The position numbers were made by a program, and so were the translations under genes. Below, piece after piece: positions 40,464 through 50,985 of a stretch of 64,000 nucleotides of DNA (position 1 is its first letter; the number at the start of each line of letters is the position of its first letter). The notes beneath the pieces are model-generated. The model was not told where the DNA came from. It made no database searches and saw nothing but the letters and a program-made list of their open reading frames with translations. The DNA is from a virus. The stretch spans positions 42,142 through 106,141 of IMG/VR virus record IMGVR_UViG_3300026521_000161; one strand, given 5' to 3'.

Positions 40464-40868
40464 CTACTTAAGTAGTTCTACATCAGAATATCCCATAGCT
40501 TTTAATGTATTAACAATAATAGCTGTATCGTCACTATTTATATTCTTAATTCTTATATCAAGATCTATACTAGTAACAGAGACAACGGTATCTAAAACTA
40601 CCCAATCCTCAGCAAGAACTAGTTCATTACCATATTTATCCTCGAACATGATGTATTTAGCATCAGCAGCAGGTATTAGGTTAACACCTGTTTCGAATAT
40701 TAGTTGTTCTCTTACAGTAACTACATCGTTAAACACTCCGCTATATTTAATAGCTTGCCGCATTCCTCCAAAACCAACTACTTTAAGATCTCTATACTCT
40801 GGTTTTAATATAGAAGTACTTATCGTGTTGAAGTTATATGTTCCAAATAAATCAAATACCATGCTCAT
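40464..40868 (-). CDS. Conserved small chimallivirus protein (SH3-like)
   Basis: YNFNT..IL N-terminus and LKAMGY C-terminus; located in the phuZ operon. Confidence 0.55.
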   Translation of the reverse strand: MSMVFDLFGTYNFNTISTSILKPEYRDLKVVGFGGMRQAIKYSGVFNDVVTVREQLIFETGVNLIPAADAKYIMFEDKYGNELVLAEDWVVLDTVVSVTSIDLDIRIKNINSDDTAIIVNTLKAMGYSDVELLK

Positions 40869-40872
40869 CCTT

Positions 40873-41355
40873 TTATTTCTTTACTACTAATATATAAATA
40901 CAATTACCATTAAGTAGGTCATCACTAAAAATAATTTTTTCTATATGTAGACCTATTATCTTTTTTAAAGGTACATCATTATTAAGAAGTCTAGTTCTTA
41001 GTTTATCTATAAAATCTAAACATATTTCGGTAGACCTCTTAAATAACATATAGATTTCGTCAGATACTGATTCATCATCTATATTATAGTAATCTTTAAA
41101 CAAAGAATTAATCGTATTTATATACATCTCAGTTACTTCTTCGTAATCAACAGAATCACCTGTTAGTTCCGATATAAGAACATTATCGAATAATGAATAT
41201 ATAAATATACCTAGAACTTCCATATAGTCTTCATCATTTACATCAAAACCTTTTTTATTAAGATATAATAACAAATCACCTATATTAACACTACCTCGAT
41301 ATTTATATTCATCGACACTACTATTTACTTTAACTAAGTTTAACACTACTCCCAT
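40873..41355 (-). CDS. Hypothetical protein
   Basis: 160 aa, coupled in operon. Confidence 0.65.
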   Translation of the reverse strand: MGVVLNLVKVNSSVDEYKYRGSVNIGDLLLYLNKKGFDVNDEDYMEVLGIFIYSLFDNVLISELTGDSVDYEEVTEMYINTINSLFKDYYNIDDESVSDEIYMLFKRSTEICLDFIDKLRTRLLNNDVPLKKIIGLHIEKIIFSDDLLNGNCIYILVVKK

Positions 41356-41759
41356 ACCACATCAACCTTTAAGATTATTTTAAAATCAGTTATAACAATA
41401 TCATAATTTTCATAATAACCAACAACATCCTTCTCTTTCAATAGCTCGCGTATAGGCTCATAAGCTTCTTTTATAAGTATGGAATTATTTAAAAACCTTA
41501 TATAATCAGATAGTTCTATTAAATCACTGTAATCTAGATTATTATGGTTATCTAAGATGTTAGTATTTATATAGTTACTTACATCTTCTTTATATTCCAA
41601 TGGTAAACTATGGTCCATATATTGGTCTAAAATATTTAACAGAATATCTACAAGCAGATGATCTGCTTGTAGATAGACTAGTTTTAATTCTAATTTACTA
41701 AGTATATTTTGTAATAAATCTAACTTAATATCTTTAAGATCGAACTCTATTAATAACAT
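41346..41759 (-). CDS. Hypothetical protein
   Basis: 137 aa, aggagg RBS. Confidence 0.65.
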   Translation of the reverse strand: MLLIEFDLKDIKLDLLQNILSKLELKLVYLQADHLLVDILLNILDQYMDHSLPLEYKEDVSNYINTNILDNHNNLDYSDLIELSDYIRFLNNSILIKEAYEPIRELLKEKDVVGYYENYDIVITDFKIILKVDVVWE

Positions 41760-41788
41760 TACGTACCTCCTATTTTAATAATATATAA

Positions 41789-42106
41789 CTAATCAGTATT
41801 GTAAACTATAGTTACTATAAGTCTACCGTTTATAAATATGGTATCTTTAACCGATATAGAGTTTATAAATGTCTGATTACTAACAGGCGCTACTTTATAA
41901 AGGAATGTCATAAAGTACGTTACGAAATGAAATAAATGACTACTATCAAATACTCCGTTATAACTATTAAAAAAAACTTCTAATGGTTTTTTAGTATTAG
42001 GTATAGAGAAGTTGTTTATTATCAACCTCTCTATATCCTCACCTATAACTATCTTACCGAACATAGCCCGCATCGGTGTTATGTCTACTTTCTTTATCAT
42101 TTCCAT
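41789..42106 (-). CDS. Hypothetical protein
   Basis: 105 aa, coupled in operon. Confidence 0.6.
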   Translation of the reverse strand: MEMIKKVDITPMRAMFGKIVIGEDIERLIINNFSIPNTKKPLEVFFNSYNGVFDSSHLFHFVTYFMTFLYKVAPVSNQTFINSISVKDTIFINGRLIVTIVYNTD

Positions 42107-42107
42107 T

Positions 42108-42680
42108 TTAAAACCTTAGTATAGATATAACACTGTCGTTTATAGATTTATACATAATGCACTCATCTATAGACACATAATCATGATGTATGTACGTGAA
42201 GAAATCACTTATGTCTATTATATCGGGATCAAGAGTTTTTATCTCTTCTATAAAGTTATCAACTATCTTCATAAGCTCATCCTCTATGACCAATATAGAA
42301 CTATCATCATCTAGGTCTAATAATGTTTCCATTTTAGAATTATTCATACTTGTAGTTATCCATAACATAACTGAACTCGTAAACGCATCTTTGAAGTTAG
42401 CATTAGCATGTATCGGTAATCCAGTAGATAAGAACGTTTTACATACACCCCTATGGCCAGCTGCGTAAAGGAGATCCTTACAAGCTTTAATATCGCTACT
42501 GTTTATCCTATCCTCTAAATCTTTAACAAATAACTTATCCAAAACACTATCTAAACCAGCGAAGTCTATTTTTATATTATAGATTATCTTCGGTATAAGT
42601 GTTTTTTCTTTTAATGCCTTTGTTATAGCATATTCCAAATTATACATCATATCCATCTCTTCCATCATCACCTTCTTCAC
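42108..42680 (-). CDS. Hypothetical protein
   Basis: 190 aa, coupled in operon. Confidence 0.65.
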   Translation of the reverse strand: MKKVMMEEMDMMYNLEYAITKALKEKTLIPKIIYNIKIDFAGLDSVLDKLFVKDLEDRINSSDIKACKDLLYAAGHRGVCKTFLSTGLPIHANANFKDAFTSSVMLWITTSMNNSKMETLLDLDDDSSILVIEDELMKIVDNFIEEIKTLDPDIIDISDFFTYIHHDYVSIDECIMYKSINDSVISILRF

Positions 42681-43398
42681 TTAACATTCCGCAGTTTATT
42701 TTATATCTCCTAGCTGCTGGAGATTCGAACTCAGTTATCTTTATAACATTAGATTCAAATGTAAGTGAAACAGAACATAAGTTATAAGAATCCAAAACTT
42801 TATATATATCATTTAGTATAACAGTATATATACCTGATAGTTCATTAACTAACTCATCATCCATATCTGGATATTGATGTATAAGGAAATCACTAAATAA
42901 AGGATAATCTAAAGCTAACCTGCTACATAACGAAACATGTTTACTTATACCTAAAGGATCGTCATTAACAATATTTGCTTCATTATGATCAACACACATT
43001 ATATATGATTCTATATGATCTAGTATGTGGGTTAATATATGACTACTATTAGCTGTTTCTTTTATGAAACTAAAACCCATTTTAAACTCTTTATAGTCTA
43101 TAACATTTTTATAGCCATTAATGTAAGCTATGATGATCTTATGAGTTTTAAGATATCTTAGAACATCATCTTTATTATCAAATCCTGCTAAAGGTATATT
43201 ATCCTTATTATAGAGTTCCTTATCTAGATGCATATACAACTCATTATTAAAATAAAGAGACGGTCCGTAAAGAAAGGATAAAAATTTATTATTTATATCC
43301 AAGAACTTCTCATTTATTTTATGTATTTTTATACCAGATATAACTTCCATAGTTTTATCTATAACCGTACCATCACTCTCCATTACAACATCCCTCAT
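42640..43398 (-). CDS. Hypothetical protein
   Basis: 252 aa, aaggag RBS. Confidence 0.65.
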   Translation of the reverse strand: MRDVVMESDGTVIDKTMEVISGIKIHKINEKFLDINNKFLSFLYGPSLYFNNELYMHLDKELYNKDNIPLAGFDNKDDVLRYLKTHKIIIAYINGYKNVIDYKEFKMGFSFIKETANSSHILTHILDHIESYIMCVDHNEANIVNDDPLGISKHVSLCSRLALDYPLFSDFLIHQYPDMDDELVNELSGIYTVILNDIYKVLDSYNLCSVSLTFESNVIKITEFESPAARRYKINCGMLSEEGDDGRDGYDV

Positions 43399-43454
43399 TC
43401 ATACTCCTTATTAAACCATCATTAAACTGTCTATACAGTAAAAAAAGTAAAAAT

Positions 43455-43480
43455 AGGTATCTACCCTAGGGTAGATACCT
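43455..43480 (-). terminator. Perfect palindrome with U-tract after phuZ
   Basis: aggtatctaccctagggtagatacct. Confidence 0.75.
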
Positions 43481-43499
43481 TTAATGGTTTTTAGAGCGT

Positions 43500-44522
43500 T
43501 TATAATGCCATACCGAATTCATCTAGCTCCGCATCATCAAGAGCATCGAATGAATCGTACTTAGCATTTTTGATAGCTTCGATTCTTTCTAGTTCCTCTT
43601 TAAGATAAGCCACTTCGGCATTAAGAACACCTCTACGTTGCGTTAAGAATAACGGATACGTACCGAATCTATCATAATTCGTAGTGATAGTACCAGTTTT
43701 ACTTTGTTGTGGAGTGATAGTCATATTGATATCTTTAGTATCCTCACTGATGATAGTTCTAACTAAGATCACTGACTCATCCACCAACTCACCAACAGCA
43801 ACACCTAAGCTATAAATACCGGGAGCTGTTCTAAAAGATTGATACTTATCAGGTCTAAAAAAGTTGATCATATCCTGATGATCTATGTTCTGAATAGAAC
43901 CTGAGATGAACATGCTTATAACAGATAACATTTTAAAAATCTTTTCATTAACCTCTGCTTCTGTTTTAGGACTTGTAACACCACCTATAGTATTACTATA
44001 GTAAATATTACTAACAGCTTTTTTAGATTTAAGAGCAACACCCTGGATAGATGTTATGGTGTTGATTGTATTGTTTAATGCTAAGTAACTACTACTATCA
44101 CCAACAGTAACAGTTATAACAGTATAGTCTTGTTCTAACATAGCTTTAAGCAATAGAACACCAGCACTAGAACCTGTACCACCAGAACCACTAGATACGA
44201 TAACATAGTAATCATTTAGATTCTTACTAACACCATTATCTAAGAACTCTCTAACGGACTTATTCATGTGTGCTATGTTCTCTTTTGACTTTCTTTCACC
44301 ACCTGTACCATCTAATCCTTTACTACTAGCTGAACTAGAAGTGATTTTAAAGAATCTATCTTCGTACTCAGGATAAGCTTGGATAGTCTTTTCTGTACTA
44401 TCTATGAATGAACATGTCACATCACTGAACCCTTCACCAAGTTCTTTTAATCTAGGATATATAGAAGCTACTACATTAGTCCCACACCCACCTACTGCTA
44501 TCAAATTTAATTTACCAGTCAT
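43500..44522 (-). CDS. phuZ: Phage tubulin PhuZ/TubZ
   Basis: GGCGTN, tubulin signature SGSGGTGS, NTINT, IDHQD, acidic C-tail ending DEFGMAL. Confidence 0.9.
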   Translation of the reverse strand: MTGKLNLIAVGGCGTNVVASIYPRLKELGEGFSDVTCSFIDSTEKTIQAYPEYEDRFFKITSSSASSKGLDGTGGERKSKENIAHMNKSVREFLDNGVSKNLNDYYVIVSSGSGGTGSSAGVLLLKAMLEQDYTVITVTVGDSSSYLALNNTINTITSIQGVALKSKKAVSNIYYSNTIGGVTSPKTEAEVNEKIFKMLSVISMFISGSIQNIDHQDMINFFRPDKYQSFRTAPGIYSLGVAVGELVDESVILVRTIISEDTKDINMTITPQQSKTGTITTNYDRFGTYPLFLTQRRGVLNAEVAYLKEELERIEAIKNAKYDSFDALDDAELDEFGMAL

Positions 44523-44551
44523 AATGACTCCTTCTTTTTTAATTTATATTT

Positions 44552-44580
44552 AGTATTTACATACTGTATTAATATTATAT
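44552..44580 (-). promoter_or_regulatory. Putative early promoter with mini hairpin upstream of phuZ
   Basis: Minus strand ATATAATATTAATAC-AGTATGTAAATACT. Confidence 0.55.
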
Positions 44581-44604
44581 AGATGTAACGTTTTTAAACT
44601 AAGA

Positions 44605-45441
44605 CTAAGCTTGTCCGAATAAACCTTTTATAACTTTCTTTTGTAAATCACTATCTTTTTCTCTTTTAATAATATCCCCTAATAACTTAGCTTCAGCTAA
44701 CGTGTTTACACCTATTAGGTTTATACCATTTCTTATAAGCGTAACTCTAGTAGTTATATCATTACTCTTACTAGCGACTTCTAACTCTTTTAGCAAACTA
44801 GATATTTTCATCTCTTTAGCTACATTAATACTAACTTCAGCATACATATCACCTATAGACTGTAAGTCTTTAAACCCTTTAAAAGTATTAGGATTGGATA
44901 GGTTGTTTTTTATAAAGCCTATTTCAAATGTTAATACATCATCTAGACTATTACCTTTCTTTAATGTTTCAACGATACCTTTATCGCTTAATAATATAGG
45001 GTACGCTATACCTTCATGTTCCACTCTTATAGGAGCTCTTGTTTTATCATTAAAGACTGCTGTTATACCAACACCATTGACTCTAACAGAACTATGATCT
45101 ATTTCAGAAGTTATAAGAGGAGTTTTTTTAGATATCATAAGCATACCAGGTATACTGTTAACATTAAACTTGTAAGCTTCATAATCTTTACCTTTATTGT
45201 TATTAAGAACTTTTCTTAATTTGTCTAAGTTAGCTTTTATAGCTTTCATTATTTTATCTAATACAGATTTAGTAGCACCATCTTTTTTAACTATAGATTC
45301 GTATAGATCATAAAGATGTTTGTTTACTTTATCAACTTCTTTGTTAGAGCTATCTAGTATAGCATCAAATTGTTTATGGAACTGTTCTGTTATATCATCT
45401 AGTTCTTTCCCGGTAGTAACCTTCTCTAGTTTAATACCCAT
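44605..45441 (-). CDS. Hypothetical (possibly internal head) protein
   Basis: 278 aa; N-terminal TGKE could be a G-x-E processing site. Confidence 0.6.
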   Translation of the reverse strand: MGIKLEKVTTGKELDDITEQFHKQFDAILDSSNKEVDKVNKHLYDLYESIVKKDGATKSVLDKIMKAIKANLDKLRKVLNNNKGKDYEAYKFNVNSIPGMLMISKKTPLITSEIDHSSVRVNGVGITAVFNDKTRAPIRVEHEGIAYPILLSDKGIVETLKKGNSLDDVLTFEIGFIKNNLSNPNTFKGFKDLQSIGDMYAEVSINVAKEMKISSLLKELEVASKSNDITTRVTLIRNGINLIGVNTLAEAKLLGDIIKREKDSDLQKKVIKGLFGQA

Positions 45442-45480
45442 GTATCATCCTTTATTTTTATATCAAAAAATAACAAGTAT

Positions 45481-45508
45481 ACTGTATGTAGCTATTGCTA
45501 CATACAGT
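45481..45508 (-). terminator. Hairpin
   Basis: actgtatgtagc-tatt-gctacatacagt. Confidence 0.7.
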
Positions 45509-45509
45509 G

Positions 45510-48500
45510 TTATTTTTTAACTAAATATTTTTTATACTTATTTAAATCTATAAGTGTGTCTACTCTTAAACCTAATGAGATATCATTAACTATAGGATCA
45601 AACATTATTATCTTACCTTTATTATTAACGCCCCAATTACCGCTATGTAAGTCTAATCTAACTCGACCTTTAACATGTTCATCTTTTAAAACATCTTTAA
45701 TAAGGTCTAATTGTTCAAATATCTCTTTAGGTATCTTAACTTCATTACTGCTCTTTAATTTATTCTTTAGGATATCTATAACTTCATTTATATCTATTTC
45801 ACCATATTCTTTTAGAACCTCTTCTAACTCATCATATACTTTATGTATAACATCAACCTTCTTATCATCTTTAAAAGACTCTAAGTAATCCATCTCTACT
45901 ACATATAGAGCTTTTTTATATTTACCGATAAGCACAACGTCTATGCCGTAAACGTTTATTAAAGGGTTTCTTAGTATCCATAAAACTTTATCAGAATCTA
46001 TAGTAACAGTAACGACTGTTTTATCACTAGGTTCATCGTCACTATCTATTTCAAAAATACTAAAACCTGTATAACCTTCTCTTATAGTAACTGGTACAGG
46101 AGTTTTTAAAAGATACTTATGATTTATATCTTCTATTTTAACTCCATATTTAAGAAGTTTCTCATTAAGTTTATCTAAATCTTTAGAATTCAATAACTCA
46201 GTAACACGTTTACTCCATAGATCGAACTCTTTATAATAAATAGTATTAGCTGGTTCTTCTATAAGATTATGGTCAGACATAGCCTCATTGCCATTAGCTA
46301 GTTCGTTATACATAAGTTTATGGTAGAACATATCGTTATTTATTAATTTATCTAAATTATCCACTATCCTAGCATCTAATGTTATATCTTTACCAGCATT
46401 GCCATTAGGATTAAACATAGATAATAATAAACTACCATAACCCATATCCTCTATTTCTTTCTTAGTTTTCTTAACTTCTGTTATAGTATTTAATATCTCT
46501 TTAACTTCTTCTTTACTTAAATCACTCTCTCTTAGAACTTTTATAAGGGATCTAACTACAGAATCAAATCTTTCTGGTAGTTTCTCATATGGAAAATATT
46601 TACCAGCTATTAGTCTATAAATAGAAGATAAAGCGTAAGCTAGGAATATGAATTTAAGGTTAAGCATTAACACCTTACCAAATAAGCTTAACCTACCACT
46701 AAACGCCAACATGGTAGCTATCGATAATGATATATACGTTATTAATGGTAGCATTATGAAAGCTTTGTTGTGTATCTTAAATGTAATTAATCTATCTAAC
46801 CCACTGACTAACTCTTTACCCATACCCATTCTAGTAGAAAAATCATCAGCAACGATTTCACTATCAGTCATAAATGACTTAACACTACCTATCCTATTAT
46901 CTTTAGTAGCTACATCTGTTAATAGATGCATGCCGAAACTAGGATCAAAGACTCTTATAGCACTGGTGATAGTTAGTAATCCATTAGCTAACATTTGTTT
47001 AAATATTCCAATACTCCATCCATGTAACGTTAGCATCTCTTCAGCATCTTTTTTATATTCTGATTTATACTCTATAACATGTTTCTCTTTAGACTTCTCT
47101 CTGTTAACAAATGAATCTAATAGCTGCGTATTACTAACCACTAATCTTTTCATAGATTCTATATACGTAAACAGATGTCCTATTTCATGTAAGTAAATAG
47201 CGGTCATCTCCTCTGGAGTTAAGTCCAATCCAGTTATAGTAGTACCGAACATATCCCTACCATATTCTATAAAAACTATACTTTTATGTTTATCTTTCTT
47301 CATACCGTGGATATATGCTTTCTCTAAATCAACGACAAAGTTATTACCGTTCTTAAAGTCTTTCAGTATTTCTCTATTGTTGTGTATATAAAGTAAGTAA
47401 CCTTTTATATTAAAAGTTGATTTACTATAGTATTTTCTCCAATCGGATATACCTTTTTGGTCTATAACGTTAAAAGGAACACAAGCCCAACCATGACCAA
47501 AGCCGACAGCAGGTAATGCCATGATACTTAAACCAAATCTTTTATATGTTATCTCTTCTAACTCTTCCGATATAGACATAAATGTAGCTACGTTTCTAAT
47601 TATAGAATTATCTTTGACCTTAGCGAAGAATGATATTAATTCATTAACGACAGGATCCTTTTTACCCATATAGTTTATAGACTCTAATCCAACACTAAAT
47701 CTAGCTTCTTGTATGTATAGCTTAGTGTTTTCTAGTTCATTAAGTTTGCTAGCTAGTTCATCTTCTGTATTCAGGTTACCTACTAAATATTCAGACATAA
47801 GCCCTATAAGAACTTTACCGTGCGCTGAGTTATCTATATCCTCTAAATCTTTTTCTACCTGTTCGTATTGGGCTAATAATAATTTCTTATCTTTTTTATT
47901 CATATCCGTTAATCTTAAAACTTCTACCATAGATGTTTTAATATGTTCGACACGTTGTTTAAGACTACCGTGCTCGTCATTGATAGGGTTTCGTTTATTA
48001 TGCATATATAGTAATTTACTTATACTGTTAATAGTTAATGCTATTTCTAACGCGATAGCCGCCATTATAACGATACCACCAGGTAATAACAATGATAACA
48101 ACAAGGCTCTAACGGCCATACCTAATATAGACATAAGTACAATGACAGCACTAGCGTTACTAAAAGATAACTGGTTAACCTTATTAAGTTTAACTAATGC
48201 TCTACTTAACTCTTCCCCGTACCCAAATTTAACAGTGAAATTATCTGCTTCTATCTCTGGATTGGTTTCTCCTGTACCATGACCACCTAATGGTATAGAC
48301 ATAAGGTCCTTTTTAACTTTTTCATATATCATGCTTAGCCCATTTGTTTCAGAGCTTGGGTTTTTACTTATACCTAATTCAGAGGTAGTTTCTGTTAATG
48401 GTTTATTACGTAAGAAATTACTTAATAATATGGATGTAGTTACGGCTGATCTACTATACAATTCTAATAGCGTAAATACATGACCTATTTCATGTAAGAT

Positions 48501-48998
48501 TATAGCTACGAACTCACTTTTAGTTAAATCCCTAACCATTCTTAGAGATATAAATAGAGGTACATAGTAATCATCTGGCAGGTTTAGGAATTTAGCATCC
48601 TTTTTATCCAGTATTAGAATATTACTATCTAACCATCTGTTAAAATCCTTTATCTGTTTTATACCATGTCTGACATCTTTACCTCTGGTAGACTTAAAAG
48701 TCGTTAGACTTATTTGGTCAGGATTAAATATAGGTATAACTGCAAATGTGTTACTATTTCTTAATAATATATTTATACCAAATCTTTCATAAGACTTATC
48801 TTTAAACTCTTTCTCTATTTGTAAAAAAGAAAAATCTAATTCTTTCTTATTAATAGTTTTCTTTTCGTAGTATAGAGAATGTAACTTCTCTAATCTATCA
48901 TATGTACTTTCTATAACCTTTATAAAAGAATCATTAGCTTGCGTGCCTATCATCGACTCAACACCCTCTTTTATTCCTAAATCTATTTTAAACATCAT
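45510..48998 (-). CDS. Three-module head-type protein: two HExxH M48-like membrane modules plus a C-terminal kinase-like domain
   Basis: LHEIGH twice, each with E-x-x-AD-x-F...G-x-G-x-EL and hydrophobic helices; C-terminal LDLHSGNWG...IIMFDP; modules delimited by GVE14, GLE439, GNE905. Confidence 0.75.
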   Translation of the reverse strand: MMFKIDLGIKEGVESMIGTQANDSFIKVIESTYDRLEKLHSLYYEKKTINKKELDFSFLQIEKEFKDKSYERFGINILLRNSNTFAVIPIFNPDQISLTTFKSTRGKDVRHGIKQIKDFNRWLDSNILILDKKDAKFLNLPDDYYVPLFISLRMVRDLTKSEFVAIILHEIGHVFTLLELYSRSAVTTSILLSNFLRNKPLTETTSELGISKNPSSETNGLSMIYEKVKKDLMSIPLGGHGTGETNPEIEADNFTVKFGYGEELSRALVKLNKVNQLSFSNASAVIVLMSILGMAVRALLLSLLLPGGIVIMAAIALEIALTINSISKLLYMHNKRNPINDEHGSLKQRVEHIKTSMVEVLRLTDMNKKDKKLLLAQYEQVEKDLEDIDNSAHGKVLIGLMSEYLVGNLNTEDELASKLNELENTKLYIQEARFSVGLESINYMGKKDPVVNELISFFAKVKDNSIIRNVATFMSISEELEEITYKRFGLSIMALPAVGFGHGWACVPFNVIDQKGISDWRKYYSKSTFNIKGYLLYIHNNREILKDFKNGNNFVVDLEKAYIHGMKKDKHKSIVFIEYGRDMFGTTITGLDLTPEEMTAIYLHEIGHLFTYIESMKRLVVSNTQLLDSFVNREKSKEKHVIEYKSEYKKDAEEMLTLHGWSIGIFKQMLANGLLTITSAIRVFDPSFGMHLLTDVATKDNRIGSVKSFMTDSEIVADDFSTRMGMGKELVSGLDRLITFKIHNKAFIMLPLITYISLSIATMLAFSGRLSLFGKVLMLNLKFIFLAYALSSIYRLIAGKYFPYEKLPERFDSVVRSLIKVLRESDLSKEEVKEILNTITEVKKTKKEIEDMGYGSLLLSMFNPNGNAGKDITLDARIVDNLDKLINNDMFYHKLMYNELANGNEAMSDHNLIEEPANTIYYKEFDLWSKRVTELLNSKDLDKLNEKLLKYGVKIEDINHKYLLKTPVPVTIREGYTGFSIFEIDSDDEPSDKTVVTVTIDSDKVLWILRNPLINVYGIDVVLIGKYKKALYVVEMDYLESFKDDKKVDVIHKVYDELEEVLKEYGEIDINEVIDILKNKLKSSNEVKIPKEIFEQLDLIKDVLKDEHVKGRVRLDLHSGNWGVNNKGKIIMFDPIVNDISLGLRVDTLIDLNKYKKYLVKK

Positions 48999-49027
48999 TA
49001 TTCCTTTTTACTTAATCAAAATAAAAA

Positions 49028-49055
49028 AGTATAGTAGGGATATCCCTACTATACT
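49028..49055 (-). terminator. Perfect palindrome with U-tract
   Basis: agtatagtagggatatccctactatact. Confidence 0.7.
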
Positions 49056-49251
49056 ATCTTAAACCGTTATTTAGTTTATACGCGACGCACTCAGCTATTT
49101 CTGCTAATAACTTTTCCTCATGTTTTATATCCTCTCCATTAAGACTCTTTTCCTCCATTCGTTTAAGTACTCTTTTTCTAAGAACTTTAAGTTCTTTTTT
49201 AGTATTACTACATACTGGTTCGTCCATAACATACTCCTTATACGATGTCAT
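49054..49251 (-). CDS. Small hypothetical protein
   Basis: Likely start at MDEPV after aaggag RBS. Confidence 0.55.
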   Translation of the reverse strand: MTSYKEYVMDEPVCSNTKKELKVLRKRVLKRMEEKSLNGEDIKHEEKLLAEIAECVAYKLNNGLR

Positions 49252-49486
49252 TAATAGCGTCCATTAAGTTACTTAACTTACGCTCTTTTTCTATTAGGTC
49301 ATTGTATCTATCCCTACTTATAACATTAGCTTTAAATGTTAAATAAGTAGAACCGTTAGTAGTATAATGGGATAGGAAATCTAAATTATCACTAGTTATA
49401 CCTAACCCATGTTTCTCCTCAACAACTTCTAATAACTCACTGCCTTTATCACTTTTAAGTTCTATATCTATAGCTATCATGATCAC
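49238..49486 (-). CDS. Small hypothetical protein
   Basis: 82 aa, aggag RBS. Confidence 0.6.
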   Translation of the reverse strand: MIMIAIDIELKSDKGSELLEVVEEKHGLGITSDNLDFLSHYTTNGSTYLTFKANVISRDRYNDLIEKERKLSNLMDAINDIV

Positions 49487-49488
49487 TC

Positions 49489-50985
49489 CTATTTAAAGAC
49501 TATCTTAGTTGGTTGTAATAATATCTTGTTTTGGCTTCTAAAGCTATTGACATTAAAGCTATATGTCATGCGTATGAACTTAGTTCTTTTAAGCTCATTC
49601 TCTATGTGTTCAAGTTCATTCTTTTTAATAGAATAAAACACACTCATATTACTTTCTGTATTAGGATCAAATTTAACTTTAAAGCTTAGTAAGATATTAC
49701 TGCGTTTATATATCCTATATGATTCTATATAAAAATCACTACAGAACATCGGTTTCTCATACCCTATACCATAAGGACCAGCATTTATAACATCGAACAT
49801 AGTTAATAATAATTTTTTAGTACTAAAGATATAATCTTCCACATAAGTATTTTTTATCTCTACCACATCATATTTACTAACCTCTTCCTTAAGAAGGTCA
49901 TAAAACTCTTTAAGGTTAGGTTTTATCTTAACGCCGATAGCTTTTTTATGTCCACCATGTTTAAGTATGATATCGCTCTTATTAGCTACTTCTGTTAATA
50001 CATCTTTAAGATTAAGTCCATCCTCTTGGCTACGACCTGACCCTATATAAACATAACCATCAAATCTCTTTTTCTTAGTAAATACGATAACTATTTTATA
50101 ATTATCGTTATACATAACATTATTAGCGATGATGCCCTGTACTCCATCACTATCATCAACAACCATAACTTTTATCTTACCGTCTGTATATTCTTCTTTC
50201 TTACCAACATCAACTGCTTTACTCTGGATATCCTTACGATTTTTATTTATCTCTTTTATATCTTCATAAAGTAGTTCAGCTATATCTTCTGTTGGCGACA
50301 TAAGTAACTCATAACTCAGCCTAGCGTCAGCTATCCTACCAGGTGAGTTTAGCATAGGTATAACGTCATACCCTAACGTAGTTTCGTCCATAAGATACGT
50401 CTTAGCATTTTTTCTTATAGTAAGTGACCAAAATGGATCATGCTTTATATTAAGACTATTTAAATCCGATAAAGTTTTTATAAGTAACTTTCTATTAACA
50501 AAGTTCTTAAGATCCATACAATCAGATATAAGAGTTAATCCTATATATGTTATAAGATAATACATTTTATCTAATTTAGACTTGTCAGGATTGCCGTTCG
50601 ATAAGAAAGCATGTGCTAATGTAAAATAAACCACACCAGTACCCGTCATATCTGATAATATATTGTTATCATAACGTTGTGGATTGATGAATGCTGTGGC
50701 TGACGTTGGTGCTGTGTCCTGATCGAATAAATGGTGATCAGTTACTATAAATGGTATACTTGTTTCAGACATGATAGTTTCTATATTAAGCTTATCATTA
50801 GAGCCATGGTCACTAGTTATAATAAGACCAATATCGTCATCATTTTTACAAATATTTATTATCATATTTGTAAGAGCTGAGTTGATACCGTTACCGTCAG
50901 AACGTTTATTAACAACGACTTCTATGTTATCATATTCGTAAACATCTAAAAAAAATTTATGAGCGATGGCGGCACTCGTGATGCC
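49489..50985 (-). CDS. recJ: RecJ-like ssDNA exonuclease (DHH family), exon 2
   Basis: Begins GITSAA; TSDHG, TDHH, INP, SDCMDL, NSPGR, GSGRS, GGH motifs. Confidence 0.85.
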   Translation of the reverse strand, partial: GITSAAIAHKFFLDVYEYDNIEVVVNKRSDGNGINSALTNMIINICKNDDDIGLIITSDHGSNDKLNIETIMSETSIPFIVTDHHLFDQDTAPTSATAFINPQRYDNNILSDMTGTGVVYFTLAHAFLSNGNPDKSKLDKMYYLITYIGLTLISDCMDLKNFVNRKLLIKTLSDLNSLNIKHDPFWSLTIRKNAKTYLMDETTLGYDVIPMLNSPGRIADARLSYELLMSPTEDIAELLYEDIKEINKNRKDIQSKAVDVGKKEEYTDGKIKVMVVDDSDGVQGIIANNVMYNDNYKIVIVFTKKKRFDGYVYIGSGRSQEDGLNLKDVLTEVANKSDIILKHGGHKKAIGVKIKPNLKEFYDLLKEEVSKYDVVEIKNTYVEDYIFSTKKLLLTMFDVINAGPYGIGYEKPMFCSDFYIESYRIYKRSNILLSFKVKFDPNTESNMSVFYSIKKNELEHIENELKRTKFIRMTYSFNVNSFRSQNKILLQPTKIVFK

